Below are positions 32,511 to 41,826 of a stretch of DNA of 62,366 bases, one piece after another. A model generated the notes under the pieces. That model was not told the origin of the DNA, ran no database searches, and saw only the letters and a list, made by a program, of their open reading frames with translations. Origin of the DNA: Fidelibacterota bacterium (GTDB taxonomy: Bacteria > Fidelibacterota > Marinisomatia > Marinisomatales > JABMOV01); NCBI GenBank assembly GCA_013203145.1, contig JABMOV010000105.1, forward strand, positions 1-62,366. The letters run 5' to 3'. Numbering within the stretch: the first letter of the stretch is position 1; every line of letters begins with the position of its first letter. The translations under genes and the position numbers were made by a program.

Positions 32511-33957
32511 AGCAGTACTCCCGAATTATCGCCAAATCTGAATACGGTATTTTTTCTCCGCGGATTTCCTGATAGTTTTCCCGGCCTTTTCCTAAAACCA
32601 CAACAATATCACCTGTATTGCATTCTTGAATTGCCTGTTTTAGGGCAACTCCACGGTCATCAAATAGTGTATAAATATGTTTGGTAAAACCGGCGATAAT
32701 ATCCTGGTTGATTTGACTGATATCCTCATCCCTGGGGTTATCAGGAGCAATGAAGCATCGATCCACATGCATTTCTGCGATGGATGCCATAGCCGGTCGT
32801 TTTGAAGCATCCCGATTGCCACCGCCACCAAAAACAAGAGTTATGCGACCACCTTTGTCTATCAAATTGTGGATGGTTCTTAATACTTGGTCATAGGCAT
32901 CGGGTGTATGAGCGTAATCCATAATGACCATTCCACCATTTCGACAGGGAAATTGTTCCATTCTACCGGATATTGTTTTGCAATTTTTTATACCATTAGA
33001 AATGGCTGAATTAGGAATGCCGATGGCATGCATGGCGCCGACAGCAGATAAAATATTTTCTACATTAAAACTACCAATAAGACCAGACTCAATAGTATAG
33101 GTCTCATGTCCTCCGGTGATGGTGCCATTAATTCCATTTAAAGAGGAATCCAAATCAGAAAAATGCAAATCATCAGAATTGTAGGTGGACGTAAAAACAA
33201 CCGGTGCCGGACAAAGCTCAGGAAGTTGTTGCCCGTATTCATCATCCATATTAATGACTGCGGTGGCAGTGATTGGGAGCTTTTTAAACATTCGTGCTTT
33301 TGATTGGAAATATTCTTCCATGGTTCCATGATAATCCAGATGCTCTGGAGTGAGATTTGTAAAAACAGCTACATTAAAATCCACATCTGCTACACGATAT
33401 TGATGGATGGCATGGCTGGAAACTTCCATGACGACATGGGTAAATCCCTGATCGACAAAATCCCGCATAGTGCGCTGTAACGTGATGGCATCTTCTGTTG
33501 TGAGGGTCTTTTTTGCCTCGTATCCATCAGCAATAATGCCCAAGGTTCCCATCTGTGCAACCTTAATATCAGCCGACTCTAATATGCTGTTTATAATACT
33601 AGCCGTTGTGGTTTTACCATTTGTTCCTGTAATGCCAATAACGGTTAATTCCTTTGTGGGATGTCCATAATATTCAGCCGCAACCAAACTTGCCATACGT
33701 CGTGGGTTGGCCACGTGAATCACGGGAACTTTTTGCTTTCCAATTTTCCTGCCATTGGCAATAATTGCTGATGCACCTCGTTCAACAGCGTCTGGGATAA
33801 ATTCATGGCCGTCATGCGCCGTGCCAGGAATAGCAATATATATGTCCCCGGGATTCACTTTCCGTGAGTCAATGGATATGCCGGATACATGCGTAGGCGG
33901 TAGGGATTGTTCTTCAGACAATAGATGTTTTAACAATGTGTCTAAACGATGATTCAC
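32500..33957 (-). CDS. murE: UDP-N-acetylmuramoyl-L-alanyl-D-glutamate--2,6-diaminopimelate ligase
   Basis: '[11 protein letters not shown]' and 'DNPR' near the C-terminus. Confidence 0.92.
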   Translation of the reverse strand: MNHRLDTLLKHLLSEEQSLPPTHVSGISIDSRKVNPGDIYIAIPGTAHDGHEFIPDAVERGASAIIANGRKIGKQKVPVIHVANPRRMASLVAAEYYGHPTKELTVIGITGTNGKTTTASIINSILESADIKVAQMGTLGIIADGYEAKKTLTTEDAITLQRTMRDFVDQGFTHVVMEVSSHAIHQYRVADVDFNVAVFTNLTPEHLDYHGTMEEYFQSKARMFKKLPITATAVINMDDEYGQQLPELCPAPVVFTSTYNSDDLHFSDLDSSLNGINGTITGGHETYTIESGLIGSFNVENILSAVGAMHAIGIPNSAISNGIKNCKTISGRMEQFPCRNGGMVIMDYAHTPDAYDQVLRTIHNLIDKGGRITLVFGGGGNRDASKRPAMASIAEMHVDRCFIAPDNPRDEDISQINQDIIAGFTKHIYTLFDDRGVALKQAIQECNTGDIVVVLGKGRENYQEIRGEKIPYSDLAIIREYCCEN

Positions 33958-35936
33958 TGCAATCCTATCTCACAAGTATTTCCGCTTTTTACTCGTGTTC
34001 CAGGAGCAGGACTTTGCCAGATTACTTTCCCTGAACCATTGACTTTAACTTTGAGATGAGCTTTTCTCAGTGTTGATAAGGCTTTCTTCAAACTCATCCC
34101 CCTTACCTCTGGTACTTTACCTAATTTTTCTTTTTCTGAATAAAATTCTGTGGTTTGTAATAAAGCAGTCGATATGCTGCTTATAGGATTCATTGCCATA
34201 ACCATCTTTGTTTGAGCCAAAACTGGTTCTGATTTACTTGGTTGTGTTTTTGGTGTCTCCAGATTATCATCCATATTGATAATCCGTTGCATTACCCGTC
34301 GAAAAACCGGTGCTGCACCTTCGCCACCCCAATGTTTACCATAACGTGGCTCATCAATTATTATCACACCTAAAACCTGAGGGTTTTCAGCAGGGAAGAA
34401 GCCCACAAAATTGCTTACGAATTTGGAATTGGAATATTTTCCGTCTATAAATTTTTGTGCGGTACCCGTTTTGCCAGCCACGGACCATCCCATGATTTGA
34501 GCATTACCTCCCGTACCACTTTCCACAACTTTTACCAACATGGATTTAACAGATTCCATTACCTGAGGAGAAGCAATTTTCCTGATCACTTCAGGTGTCT
34601 CGCGGTATACAATTTGACCGTTTTGATCCACAATTTGATGCACCAAACGAGGGCGCAATAAATACCCACCATTAGCAATGGCAGAATAGGCAACCGCCAA
34701 CTGGAGTGCCGTAACACCAATTTCGTGTCCCATGGATAATTCAGCTAAAGATATATCACTCCAGTCATCGACTTTTCGTAATGTTCCGTTAACTTCACCA
34801 GTCAGATTAATATTTGTATTGCTGCCAAAACCAAAATCACGACAGTAACGATAAAATGAATTTTTGCCAATGGTTTCAGCAATTTTTATAATGCCAACAT
34901 TACTGGAATGCTGAATGATTTGAACAACAGTGAGCAATCCATATTCTTCATGATCGTTGATCCGAACATCTTTTAAGGTATAACCGCCATATTCGCAGTT
35001 GAATTCCTGATCGGCTGTTACAGTATTCAAATCTAATGCAGCAGTGGCAGCAACAATTTTATACGTAGAGCCAGGTTCAAACTGATCGGTTATCGCTCTT
35101 ATTTTTTGATTTTCAGTTGGATATTGAGAAGAATTATTTGGATCAAAATCAGGGACGGAAGAGATCGCCAGAATATTACCGGTTTGAGGATCGATAATGA
35201 CCCCGGTGGCGCTGGTGGCGTCGAAGGATTTTACAGCATTCGCCAATTCATCCTGTAATATGGACTGATATTCCAAATCCAATGTTGTTTGGATATTGGC
35301 ACCATCCACCGGATGTTTGGAAGGGAAACCAGTTTTTGGATTGAGTTGACCTTTTCCATTCCGTTGTTTTACGATCCAGCCTGGTGTGCCAAGGAGTGTC
35401 TTATCATAATCTTTTTCCAGCCCTGTGACACCATGATCATCAACATCAACGAGACCAATAATCTGTGCACCGACATTATCGTGAGGGTAATTCCGGCGGG
35501 AGTTTCGTTCAACGATAATCCCATCTGTTTTCTTCAAGTCCAGCGTGTTGTAGACATCCTTGCGGAGATTACGCTCTAAATAAACAAACGATTTACCCGA
35601 CTTCAATTTCTTCATATAATATTCGCTATCGCGACCCGTCACTTCGCTGACTTTCACTGCAATAGCTTCTTTGTCACGGATGCCAGATGGATGTGCTCCG
35701 ATGGAATAATGAATAATGTTTCGTGTCAACGATGTGTTGTTACGATCAAAAATGTTTCCACGAACTGCCATAACAGGTTCACGGAATTGACCTTGCTGGA
35801 TTCCACGAGCATGATAGCGCTCACCACTCATAATCTGCACTTGAAACAGGCGGATGGCCAATCCTGCCCAGCTCATAATGACGAGCGATGATATTATCAT
35901 GACGCGGGTTCTATATTTAAGGTAGGTCTTTGTCAT
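33954..35936 (-). CDS. ftsI: penicillin-binding protein (FtsI-type transpeptidase) with C-terminal PASTA domain
   Basis: Transpeptidase motifs 'STYK', 'SSN' and 'KTGTA'. The last ~65 residues ('[16 protein letters not shown]...') look like a PASTA domain. Confidence 0.92.
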   Translation of the reverse strand: MTKTYLKYRTRVMIISSLVIMSWAGLAIRLFQVQIMSGERYHARGIQQGQFREPVMAVRGNIFDRNNTSLTRNIIHYSIGAHPSGIRDKEAIAVKVSEVTGRDSEYYMKKLKSGKSFVYLERNLRKDVYNTLDLKKTDGIIVERNSRRNYPHDNVGAQIIGLVDVDDHGVTGLEKDYDKTLLGTPGWIVKQRNGKGQLNPKTGFPSKHPVDGANIQTTLDLEYQSILQDELANAVKSFDATSATGVIIDPQTGNILAISSVPDFDPNNSSQYPTENQKIRAITDQFEPGSTYKIVAATAALDLNTVTADQEFNCEYGGYTLKDVRINDHEEYGLLTVVQIIQHSSNVGIIKIAETIGKNSFYRYCRDFGFGSNTNINLTGEVNGTLRKVDDWSDISLAELSMGHEIGVTALQLAVAYSAIANGGYLLRPRLVHQIVDQNGQIVYRETPEVIRKIASPQVMESVKSMLVKVVESGTGGNAQIMGWSVAGKTGTAQKFIDGKYSNSKFVSNFVGFFPAENPQVLGVIIIDEPRYGKHWGGEGAAPVFRRVMQRIINMDDNLETPKTQPSKSEPVLAQTKMVMAMNPISSISTALLQTTEFYSEKEKLGKVPEVRGMSLKKALSTLRKAHLKVKVNGSGKVIWQSPAPGTRVKSGNTCEIGLQ

Positions 35937-36262
35937 AAGGTGTTATTAAACCGCATGGGTATATAAACAATAAGTGATTCAGGTTCGGCGGGAACCATAT
36001 TTAATTCTTCACGGGCTTTTTTTGCGACCATATCGGCACGCTGTAAATAATCGATATCACTTTTCATTTCTTCAATATTATTTTGAAGCTCGTGCAATGT
36101 TGTGTATTGTACTTCAATGGCATAAAGTGTTTCATCGACTTCTGAATAGACCCATAGGTATGCAATCAAACCAATTATGGTGGTTGCGGTAAAAAAGAAA
36201 AACAAAAGGGTTTGGATAATTTCCTTTTGTTTTTTTGAACGTCGTTTTGTTTTTCGAACCAT
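35933..36262 (-). CDS. ftsL: FtsL-like cell division protein
   Basis: 109 aa with a basic N-terminus, one TM segment and a coiled-coil-like tail. Called from its position between rsmH and ftsI. Confidence 0.7.
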   Translation of the reverse strand: MVRKTKRRSKKQKEIIQTLLFFFFTATTIIGLIAYLWVYSEVDETLYAIEVQYTTLHELQNNIEEMKSDIDYLQRADMVAKKAREELNMVPAEPESLIVYIPMRFNNTL

Positions 36263-37152
36263 TAGCGAATGCGCTCCAATGCACGGAGTTTGGTAGGCTT
36301 GGCTCGTGAGTTTTCACGTAATTCTTCTTCTGTTGGCGTTAAAGGTCTTTTGGTGAGAACGTTGGCAACACCTTCCTGTTTTAACGCACGAAAGCGATGT
36401 TTTACCATGCGATCTTCCAGTGAGTGAAAACTCATGATAACAACCCGACCACCAATTGCAAGATGGTTGAAAAAGATATCGAGGAAATTGGTGAGATGAT
36501 CCAATTCTTTGTTAACAGCAATACGTAAGGCCTGATATATCCGGGCTTGGGATTTATGTCGTTGTGCCGGTGGAGTAGACCTGCGAATCGCCTCATTTAA
36601 ATCACCAATTGTCTGCACCACCGGCATCTTCTTTATTGCACGAGAAATTTTTCTAGAATGACGCTCTTCGCCATACTCATATAATATATTGGCTAATTCT
36701 TCTTCTGAGGAATTGGCAATAAGATCGGCAGCTGTACCATCTGCGGATGAATCAAATCGCATATCAAGGGGACCTTCATTGCGGAATGAAAATCCTCTTT
36801 CATGGGTACCCAATTGCAGGGAAGAAAGGCCAAGATCTAATAATATCCCGTTCACTTCGGTGATTCCCAATTGTGACAGGATGGAAGGAAATTCGTCGTA
36901 TGCCGTGTGAAAAAGTGAGACCGGTGAAGAGGCAAGTATATGCTTTTTACATATTTCCAAAGCCTCTTCATCACGGTCAATCCCGACAAGCCTCCCAGTT
37001 TGGAGGGTTGAAAGGATGTGTTTGGCGTGCCCTCCTAATCCGATGGTACCGTCCAAATAGATTCCATCGGGGAGAATGTTGAGATAGGATAAAACTTCCG
37101 CTACCATGACCGGAAGATGAACTGGTGTTCCATCCTGCTGCTGAATGGTCAT
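36262..37152 (-). CDS. rsmH: 16S rRNA (cytosine1402-N4)-methyltransferase
   Basis: 'HLPVM', 'DGTIGLGGH', 'DLGLSS' and 'SFHSLEDR'. Confidence 0.95.
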   Translation of the reverse strand: MTIQQQDGTPVHLPVMVAEVLSYLNILPDGIYLDGTIGLGGHAKHILSTLQTGRLVGIDRDEEALEICKKHILASSPVSLFHTAYDEFPSILSQLGITEVNGILLDLGLSSLQLGTHERGFSFRNEGPLDMRFDSSADGTAADLIANSSEEELANILYEYGEERHSRKISRAIKKMPVVQTIGDLNEAIRRSTPPAQRHKSQARIYQALRIAVNKELDHLTNFLDIFFNHLAIGGRVVIMSFHSLEDRMVKHRFRALKQEGVANVLTKRPLTPTEEELRENSRAKPTKLRALERIR

Positions 37153-37616
37153 ATAATAATTTTTTCAGCCAGTTCATTATAATCAGTTTGTTCAATAGTT
37201 TTGGCCTGTTCTTCAAATGTTAACAGGATTTGTGGGTTCCAGATTTCAATTTTATTCACCATGCCGATGATTAGGGCATCGTGCGATAGATCAGCATGTT
37301 GAATGAGAATTTGCGTTAATGGAATGCGACCTTGTTTATCAAAGCTAACAGTGGATGCGTAACGCACCATGTCACGGATGAACTGTCGGTTCACGGCATT
37401 AATAGAGGATAAACTGCGCAGAGCACCTTCGATCTGACTTTGCCAGACGGACAGGGGATAGGCATAAATACACGGATCTAAACCTTTAGTAATAACAAAG
37501 GTTTGATCGCTATCTGCCGACAGCGATTGTCGGAATTTCGCCGGAATATTGACACGCCCTTTGGCATCAATAGTATAGGCGAATTCGCCGGTGAATGTAT
37601 TTTCACTTATGCTCAT
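37149..37616 (-). CDS. mraZ: division/cell wall cluster transcriptional regulator MraZ
   Basis: Two SpoVT/AbrB-like half-domains, 'DAKGRVNIP' and 'DKQGRIPL'. It is the first gene of the dcw cluster. Confidence 0.93.
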   Translation of the reverse strand: MSISENTFTGEFAYTIDAKGRVNIPAKFRQSLSADSDQTFVITKGLDPCIYAYPLSVWQSQIEGALRSLSSINAVNRQFIRDMVRYASTVSFDKQGRIPLTQILIQHADLSHDALIIGMVNKIEIWNPQILLTFEEQAKTIEQTDYNELAEKIII

Positions 37617-37641
37617 GCTTGCACTTTTATACAGAGATAGT

Positions 37642-37661
37642 TACCCACAACTACCCACAAC
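37642..37661 (-). promoter_or_regulatory. putative MraZ operator: two tandem 10-nt repeats each containing GTGGG
   Basis: The plus strand reads TACCCACAAC twice (minus strand GTTGTGGGTA twice). The repeats lie 26-45 nt upstream of the mraZ start, and the 10-bp phasing matches the known MraZ-box logic. Confidence 0.5.
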
Positions 37662-37918
37662 GTAACACTTTTGATCAAAATGGGCAAATATTATTTACAT
37701 TTTTATAAATAAAGTTTTATAACAGATCATATTTAAGTTTGAAGATTTTAGAGAAGAGTTAGGATATTTATGTAAATGAGTGAAATAAAATGGTGAGGAG
37801 TGGGGAGGAATTATGGATTGAATTAATATCCACAAGTAACATTCTAAGATAATAAAAACCCTGGTAATTTCACAAACTAGGGCTTTTTGTAATTTCTACT
37901 ATATATTATGGAGTAATT

Positions 37919-38383
37919 ATGTTTGAAAATATAAAAATGTCAGCAGCTGTTCTTTTTGCATCTGCGATTGTAGGTATATTGGGTGGATATATTCTTTTTA
38001 CTAATTCTGTAAGAGAAGAGATTCGGGATATTGTTTATTCGGATAATTACTTAAGTGAGGTTGCTAGTAAAGTAAATCGATATATGATTTTTGATGATCA
38101 GAAAATTGTATCTTATGATAGGCATACTCTTGATCTAATTGAGGAATTCGATATTGAATGGACTACACCAAAAACCGGAGGTAGTGACTTTCCGGGGAAG
38201 ATTACTGTATTTTTTAAAGAATACATAAAAAACGAACCATTGCTTTCAATAGTTAATAATTATAATCAAAATATAAAAATACAGAGAGGTGAATTTAAAA
38301 ATTGGATATTTATTTTAAATCGACCTATCTCAAATTCAAGCGAACGTGAACCAATAAGATATAAATTGGAATTACTTGACTGA
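37919..38383 (+). CDS. hypothetical membrane-anchored protein
   Basis: 154 aa with an N-terminal TM segment 'AAVLFASAIVGILGGYILF' and a GGAG SD. Very AT-rich. No family recognised. Confidence 0.6.
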   Translation: MFENIKMSAAVLFASAIVGILGGYILFTNSVREEIRDIVYSDNYLSEVASKVNRYMIFDDQKIVSYDRHTLDLIEEFDIEWTTPKTGGSDFPGKITVFFKEYIKNEPLLSIVNNYNQNIKIQRGEFKNWIFILNRPISNSSEREPIRYKLELLD

Positions 38384-38508
38384 TGAATACACCGATTCTG
38401 GATCTACCCGTTATGTCGGAGAATTTGGAATGCTGAATATAACTGCGAACTACCTATTGAAATGGAACACTGCCCCCATTGGGATTAAATGAAGTCCTTG
38501 GATTAGTT

Positions 38509-39018
38509 ATGATTGAGTGGATAAAAGAAATGGACTGGGAGTTAATTAATTCATTTACAGGTTGGTTAATACTCATCTCAATTTATATAGCCTATATCAT
38601 GATGAGAAGACGTGTCAGAATCAGAGCACTAATGTATGTGGCTATTGATAACCCAACTGAATTCCATAGTTTAAAAATTGAAGTATTGAATAGTGGCTAT
38701 AATAATATATCCATTAGTGGTGTTTTTTACCGAATCCGTTTTTTTGTTTGGAAAAAGGATTACTGGATTCGCGATCAATCGTTTAATGGCTCCAAAGTGT
38801 TAGTTTCCCAGGAATCAGTCGATTTTATGATACCGGAATTAGTATTAGCAGAACATTTAAATAGTATCTTCCAACGTTATAAATATATTCCAAAAAGAAT
38901 AATACTCGGTTGTTTATTTGTAACGGCACCATCATCAGTCAAAATATTTCAGAAGCACATAGGTTTTATTGATCAAAGACAGATATGGAAAATCTACAAG
39001 AGATATCCATTTGATTAA
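38509..39018 (+). CDS. hypothetical membrane protein, paralog of 39033..39548
   Basis: I chose the ATG at 38509 (ORF track: TTG at 38479). The N-terminus 'MIEWIKEMDWELINSF'+TM then aligns with 'MIEYIKLWDWDFINSV'+TM of the next ORF. Confidence 0.6.
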   Translation: MIEWIKEMDWELINSFTGWLILISIYIAYIMMRRRVRIRALMYVAIDNPTEFHSLKIEVLNSGYNNISISGVFYRIRFFVWKKDYWIRDQSFNGSKVLVSQESVDFMIPELVLAEHLNSIFQRYKYIPKRIILGCLFVTAPSSVKIFQKHIGFIDQRQIWKIYKRYPFD

Positions 39019-39032
39019 ATACTGGAGATTCA

Positions 39033-39548
39033 ATGATTGAATACATCAAGTTGTGGGATTGGGATTTTATTAACTCGGTTTCACAATTGTTAATTGCATT
39101 TTCAACCTTTTTAGCGATCATCCTTTCTTTGTATTTATCAAAGAGCGCAATAAGACAAAGAGTAAAATGTAAAACAAAATTTATTTATTATTACGAATCA
39201 AATAAATATGGAATCAGTTCAGTGTTGATTAGTAAATGTCCAGCAAAAATATTTATTGATAGTGGTAATATTCAGTATGGCTATTTATTCAGACATAAAG
39301 AAAAGTTAGCATTCGAATCATTTAATGATTGGTTTATAAATCCGTATGGTTCATTCGAATTGTTTGCAAATAACTTTGGAATAAGTAAAAAGCTAATCTC
39401 AAAATATAATATTTACCCCCGAATATTTTTTATAATCTACTTACTGAGTTTTCGTGTAGTATTTATAACTACGCATGGGAAATTAATAAAAGCTGCGTTA
39501 GGGAGAAAGTCGCGGAGATATTTGTTAGATTGTATTTCAAATAATTAA
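39033..39548 (+). CDS. hypothetical membrane protein, paralog of 38509..39018
   Basis: 171 aa. GGAGA SD 5 nt upstream. Shares the N-terminal motif plus TM segment with the preceding ORF. Confidence 0.6.
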   Translation: MIEYIKLWDWDFINSVSQLLIAFSTFLAIILSLYLSKSAIRQRVKCKTKFIYYYESNKYGISSVLISKCPAKIFIDSGNIQYGYLFRHKEKLAFESFNDWFINPYGSFELFANNFGISKKLISKYNIYPRIFFIIYLLSFRVVFITTHGKLIKAALGRKSRRYLLDCISNN

Positions 39549-39712
39549 GTACAATTCTGCAAAAATGCCACCATATCGAGCACTATATTTTTATTTTGTT
39601 TTTTTCACCAAAGACAGACTGTCACACCGCTCATTAAGCATTTAATAGGGATTCAACGACGTATTAAACGTATTTAACGCCCGATTTAATCATCCACCCT
39701 AATGCGAGATCG

Positions 39713-39758
39713 TTCCCGCGATTTCCCATCATTTCCCGGGTTATCCCGCTTATTTCCC
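39713..39758 (+). repeat. five helically phased (T/A)TCCC repeats (10,10,10,11-nt spacing) in a 547-nt non-coding gap
   Basis: The run reads cgTTCCCgcg atTTCCCatc atTTCCCggg ttATCCCgct tatTTCCCct. Motif starts are at 39713, 39723, 39733, 39743 and 39754. Confidence 0.7.
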
Positions 39759-39840
39759 CTGTTAACGCTGCAAAATCGCCCGAATTTTCTACTGATTATT
39801 GTTAGTCCCCACATTTTTTCATACTGCATATAATTAATAA

Positions 39841-39860
39841 AAATACGTAGTAGAGCGTAT
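39841..39860 (+). repeat. 20-nt exact direct repeat, copy 1 (AAATACGTAGTAGAGCGTAT)
   Basis: Identical 20-mer at 55202..55221. It is preceded by the -10-like TATAAT at 39829-39834. Confidence 0.9.
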
Positions 39861-40095
39861 GGACAAAAAATTGAAGAACTCTTAATTTAGTCCAGTTGGA
39901 AATAAATAATTCTGATGTGGAATATAATATTCTTTATAGTAGTAATTATCGTATTACAACGGGGGAATCAACAAGATGCCCAGAATATAACCATCGTTAT
40001 TTCCAAAGAGTAGAATGTAATGAAGCATACACTATGAAAATAGATGTTGCTTACAGAATGTAAAATCATATTGAAATAAAAAAGAGGACTAAATC

Positions 40096-40470
40096 ATGAG
40101 TGATTATAATATCGATCTTGACAATTTCGAAGCCAAAACACTAAATGAAGAAGAAAGTTGTACTAACTTAAATGTTAAAGCAAACCGGACAAGTACCTTC
40201 ACAGCCAATAAGGGTATAAATGTTGATAAAAATGCTTCTTTGATAACTGATAATGTGAGCACCATTACTATAAACAAGCACTTGAAATGCAATGGCGATA
40301 GTACTATAACAGCAAATAATGTGAGTACCATTACGATTTATGGCGCTGATTTAAATGGTCATACTACAATAGTAGCCAAAAAAACCTCTACTGTGACAAT
40401 TCATGGAAATGTTAAAAGTTCTACAATAGATAAAGACAATTCCTCAACGGTTACATTTTATAGCCGATAA
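40096..40470 (+). CDS. small repeat protein, beta-solenoid-like (unknown function)
   Basis: 124 aa with an AGAGGA SD. It carries ~22-aa repeats with an 'STxT(I/V)' core: DNVSTITINKHLKCNGDSTITA / NNVSTITIYGADLNGHTTIVAK / KTSTVTIHGNVKSSTIDKDN / SSTVTFYSR. The DNA shows the same repeat at 40249 and 40315. Confidence 0.6.
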   Translation: MSDYNIDLDNFEAKTLNEEESCTNLNVKANRTSTFTANKGINVDKNASLITDNVSTITINKHLKCNGDSTITANNVSTITIYGADLNGHTTIVAKKTSTVTIHGNVKSSTIDKDNSSTVTFYSR

Positions 40471-40594
40471 ATAGACTGCGAATATTGCTTATACTAATTT
40501 TCAGTAAAGCATGAGGATGGTTAGCGTTGTCGGGGTGGGTTGAGGAGGTAGACCTCCTTGATCCGCTCCGAATTACAGAGCTTCCAGACTAAAT

Positions 40595-40972
40595 CTATAT
40601 TTCAGCAAAAGCAATAACATGACCGTCAAGGTCTAAGCAATATCCAACACGTTGCCCCCAATCGCGATCTTGTAATGGGCTGAGCAGTTTTGCTCGCGCT
40701 TCTTGGGCGCGACTCAAATATTCATTGGCATTTTTCACCTGTAAATACAATTCAGCTTTGGCTTGAGAAACATCAAAATCCGCAGAATCTAGGTGGGGTG
40801 ATAGTAATTGTTGAATTCCTGAATAGGGCATGAGTCCAAGTGATGATTGTTCGCTTAATTTGAATTCAGTCATTCCCGGTACGTGTAAAACAGGTTCAGC
40901 ACTAAGCACGGTTTTATAAAAAGATGTACTTATTTCCTGATTGGATACATAAAGAATAAACATGGGATTCAT
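40595..40972 (-). CDS. VOC (glyoxalase/bleomycin-resistance) family protein
   Basis: 125 aa with the typical VOC length and pattern, ending 'GYCLDLDGHVIAFAE'. Confidence 0.7.
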   Translation of the reverse strand: MNPMFILYVSNQEISTSFYKTVLSAEPVLHVPGMTEFKLSEQSSLGLMPYSGIQQLLSPHLDSADFDVSQAKAELYLQVKNANEYLSRAQEARAKLLSPLQDRDWGQRVGYCLDLDGHVIAFAEI

Positions 40973-40992
40973 GAGCTTTCCGTATGTTGGGA

Positions 40993-41826
40993 TTATTGAA
41001 TTGGTGTATAATGAATAACGGTAATATTCAACGGATCAGCCGTGACCCGAACACGAACAGGATCATTCTGGGATTGGATCTTCCGAATGGCATCGCCATT
41101 GAGATATACATTTAAACCACGAGAATGATTAAACAAGAGATCAAGTTCCTGATCAAACGTATAGGTTCGAATATCACCAGCAGGGATGGCTATTGCTTCA
41201 CTTGCCAATGTATCTTGTTTCACCTGAAATCCCGTGGCGTCAATCGTAATGATTTTCAATGAAAATGGTGGTTCAATATTGAGTACTGCCTCATCGGTGG
41301 ATGCTGCAACAAAGTCAGAAAGCAGTGCGACCTCTGTAATAATATCCACATCATTGGCTAGATAGGCCGCTGCTGGAATTGTCTCAGGTGACGATTCCTG
41401 CTTTTGAGAAATTGATTTCTGAATAATAAAAATGGCAAAAACCCAGATGATGAGTAAAACGCCACCTTTAACCAAGTTCGAACGATATTGGGAAATGGAA
41501 AACGTTTTGCCAGAGCTAGGTGCCCCGGTTTGTTCAGCAGCCATGGTTATCACCGGTTTAGACTTAGACTTTTCTCTAACAGGTTCTCCTTCAGCACGGC
41601 TCAAAAAATGTTCAAATTGAGTCAGAGCTTCTTCAGGATCGCCGCCAATTTCGATGACATAGGCGCGTAAAAATAACCGGACATACGCTTTAGGTAATAC
41701 TTCAAAATTGCCTTCTTCAAACGCCTCTAAAAATTTAATATTGATTTTAGTACGGTTTTGTATTTCCGCTAAATCAATGCTTTGGCGTTCTCGGAGTGCT
41801 TTTAGTTCTTTGTAAAATTCGTCCAT
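40993..41826 (-). CDS. rodZ: RodZ-like cytoskeleton protein (HTH + TM + DUF4115-like C-terminus)
   Basis: N-terminal XRE-type HTH 'LRERQSIDLAEIQNRTKINIKFLEAFEEGNF', a central TM segment 'GGVLLIIWVFAIFII' and a beta-rich C-terminal domain. Confidence 0.7.
   Translation of the reverse strand: MDEFYKELKALRERQSIDLAEIQNRTKINIKFLEAFEEGNFEVLPKAYVRLFLRAYVIEIGGDPEEALTQFEHFLSRAEGEPVREKSKSKPVITMAAEQTGAPSSGKTFSISQYRSNLVKGGVLLIIWVFAIFIIQKSISQKQESSPETIPAAAYLANDVDIITEVALLSDFVAASTDEAVLNIEPPFSLKIITIDATGFQVKQDTLASEAIAIPAGDIRTYTFDQELDLLFNHSRGLNVYLNGDAIRKIQSQNDPVRVRVTADPLNITVIHYTPIQ

Noticed and set aside
37855-37892. A terminator-like element AAAAACCCTGG...CTAGGGCTTTTTGT between the divergent mraZ and 37919 genes, possibly an orphan sRNA terminator.
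   Set aside because: The stem is only ~4-5 bp with a mismatch and a 12-nt loop, and no upstream transcription unit is evident. The evidence is too weak to call.
40541-40560. Hairpin GAGGAGG-taga-CCTCCTT in the convergent gap 40471-40594, as a possible terminator.
   Set aside because: The stem is short (6-7 bp including a wobble) and neither strand has a following T-run. It could be functional, but the sequence alone does not support it.
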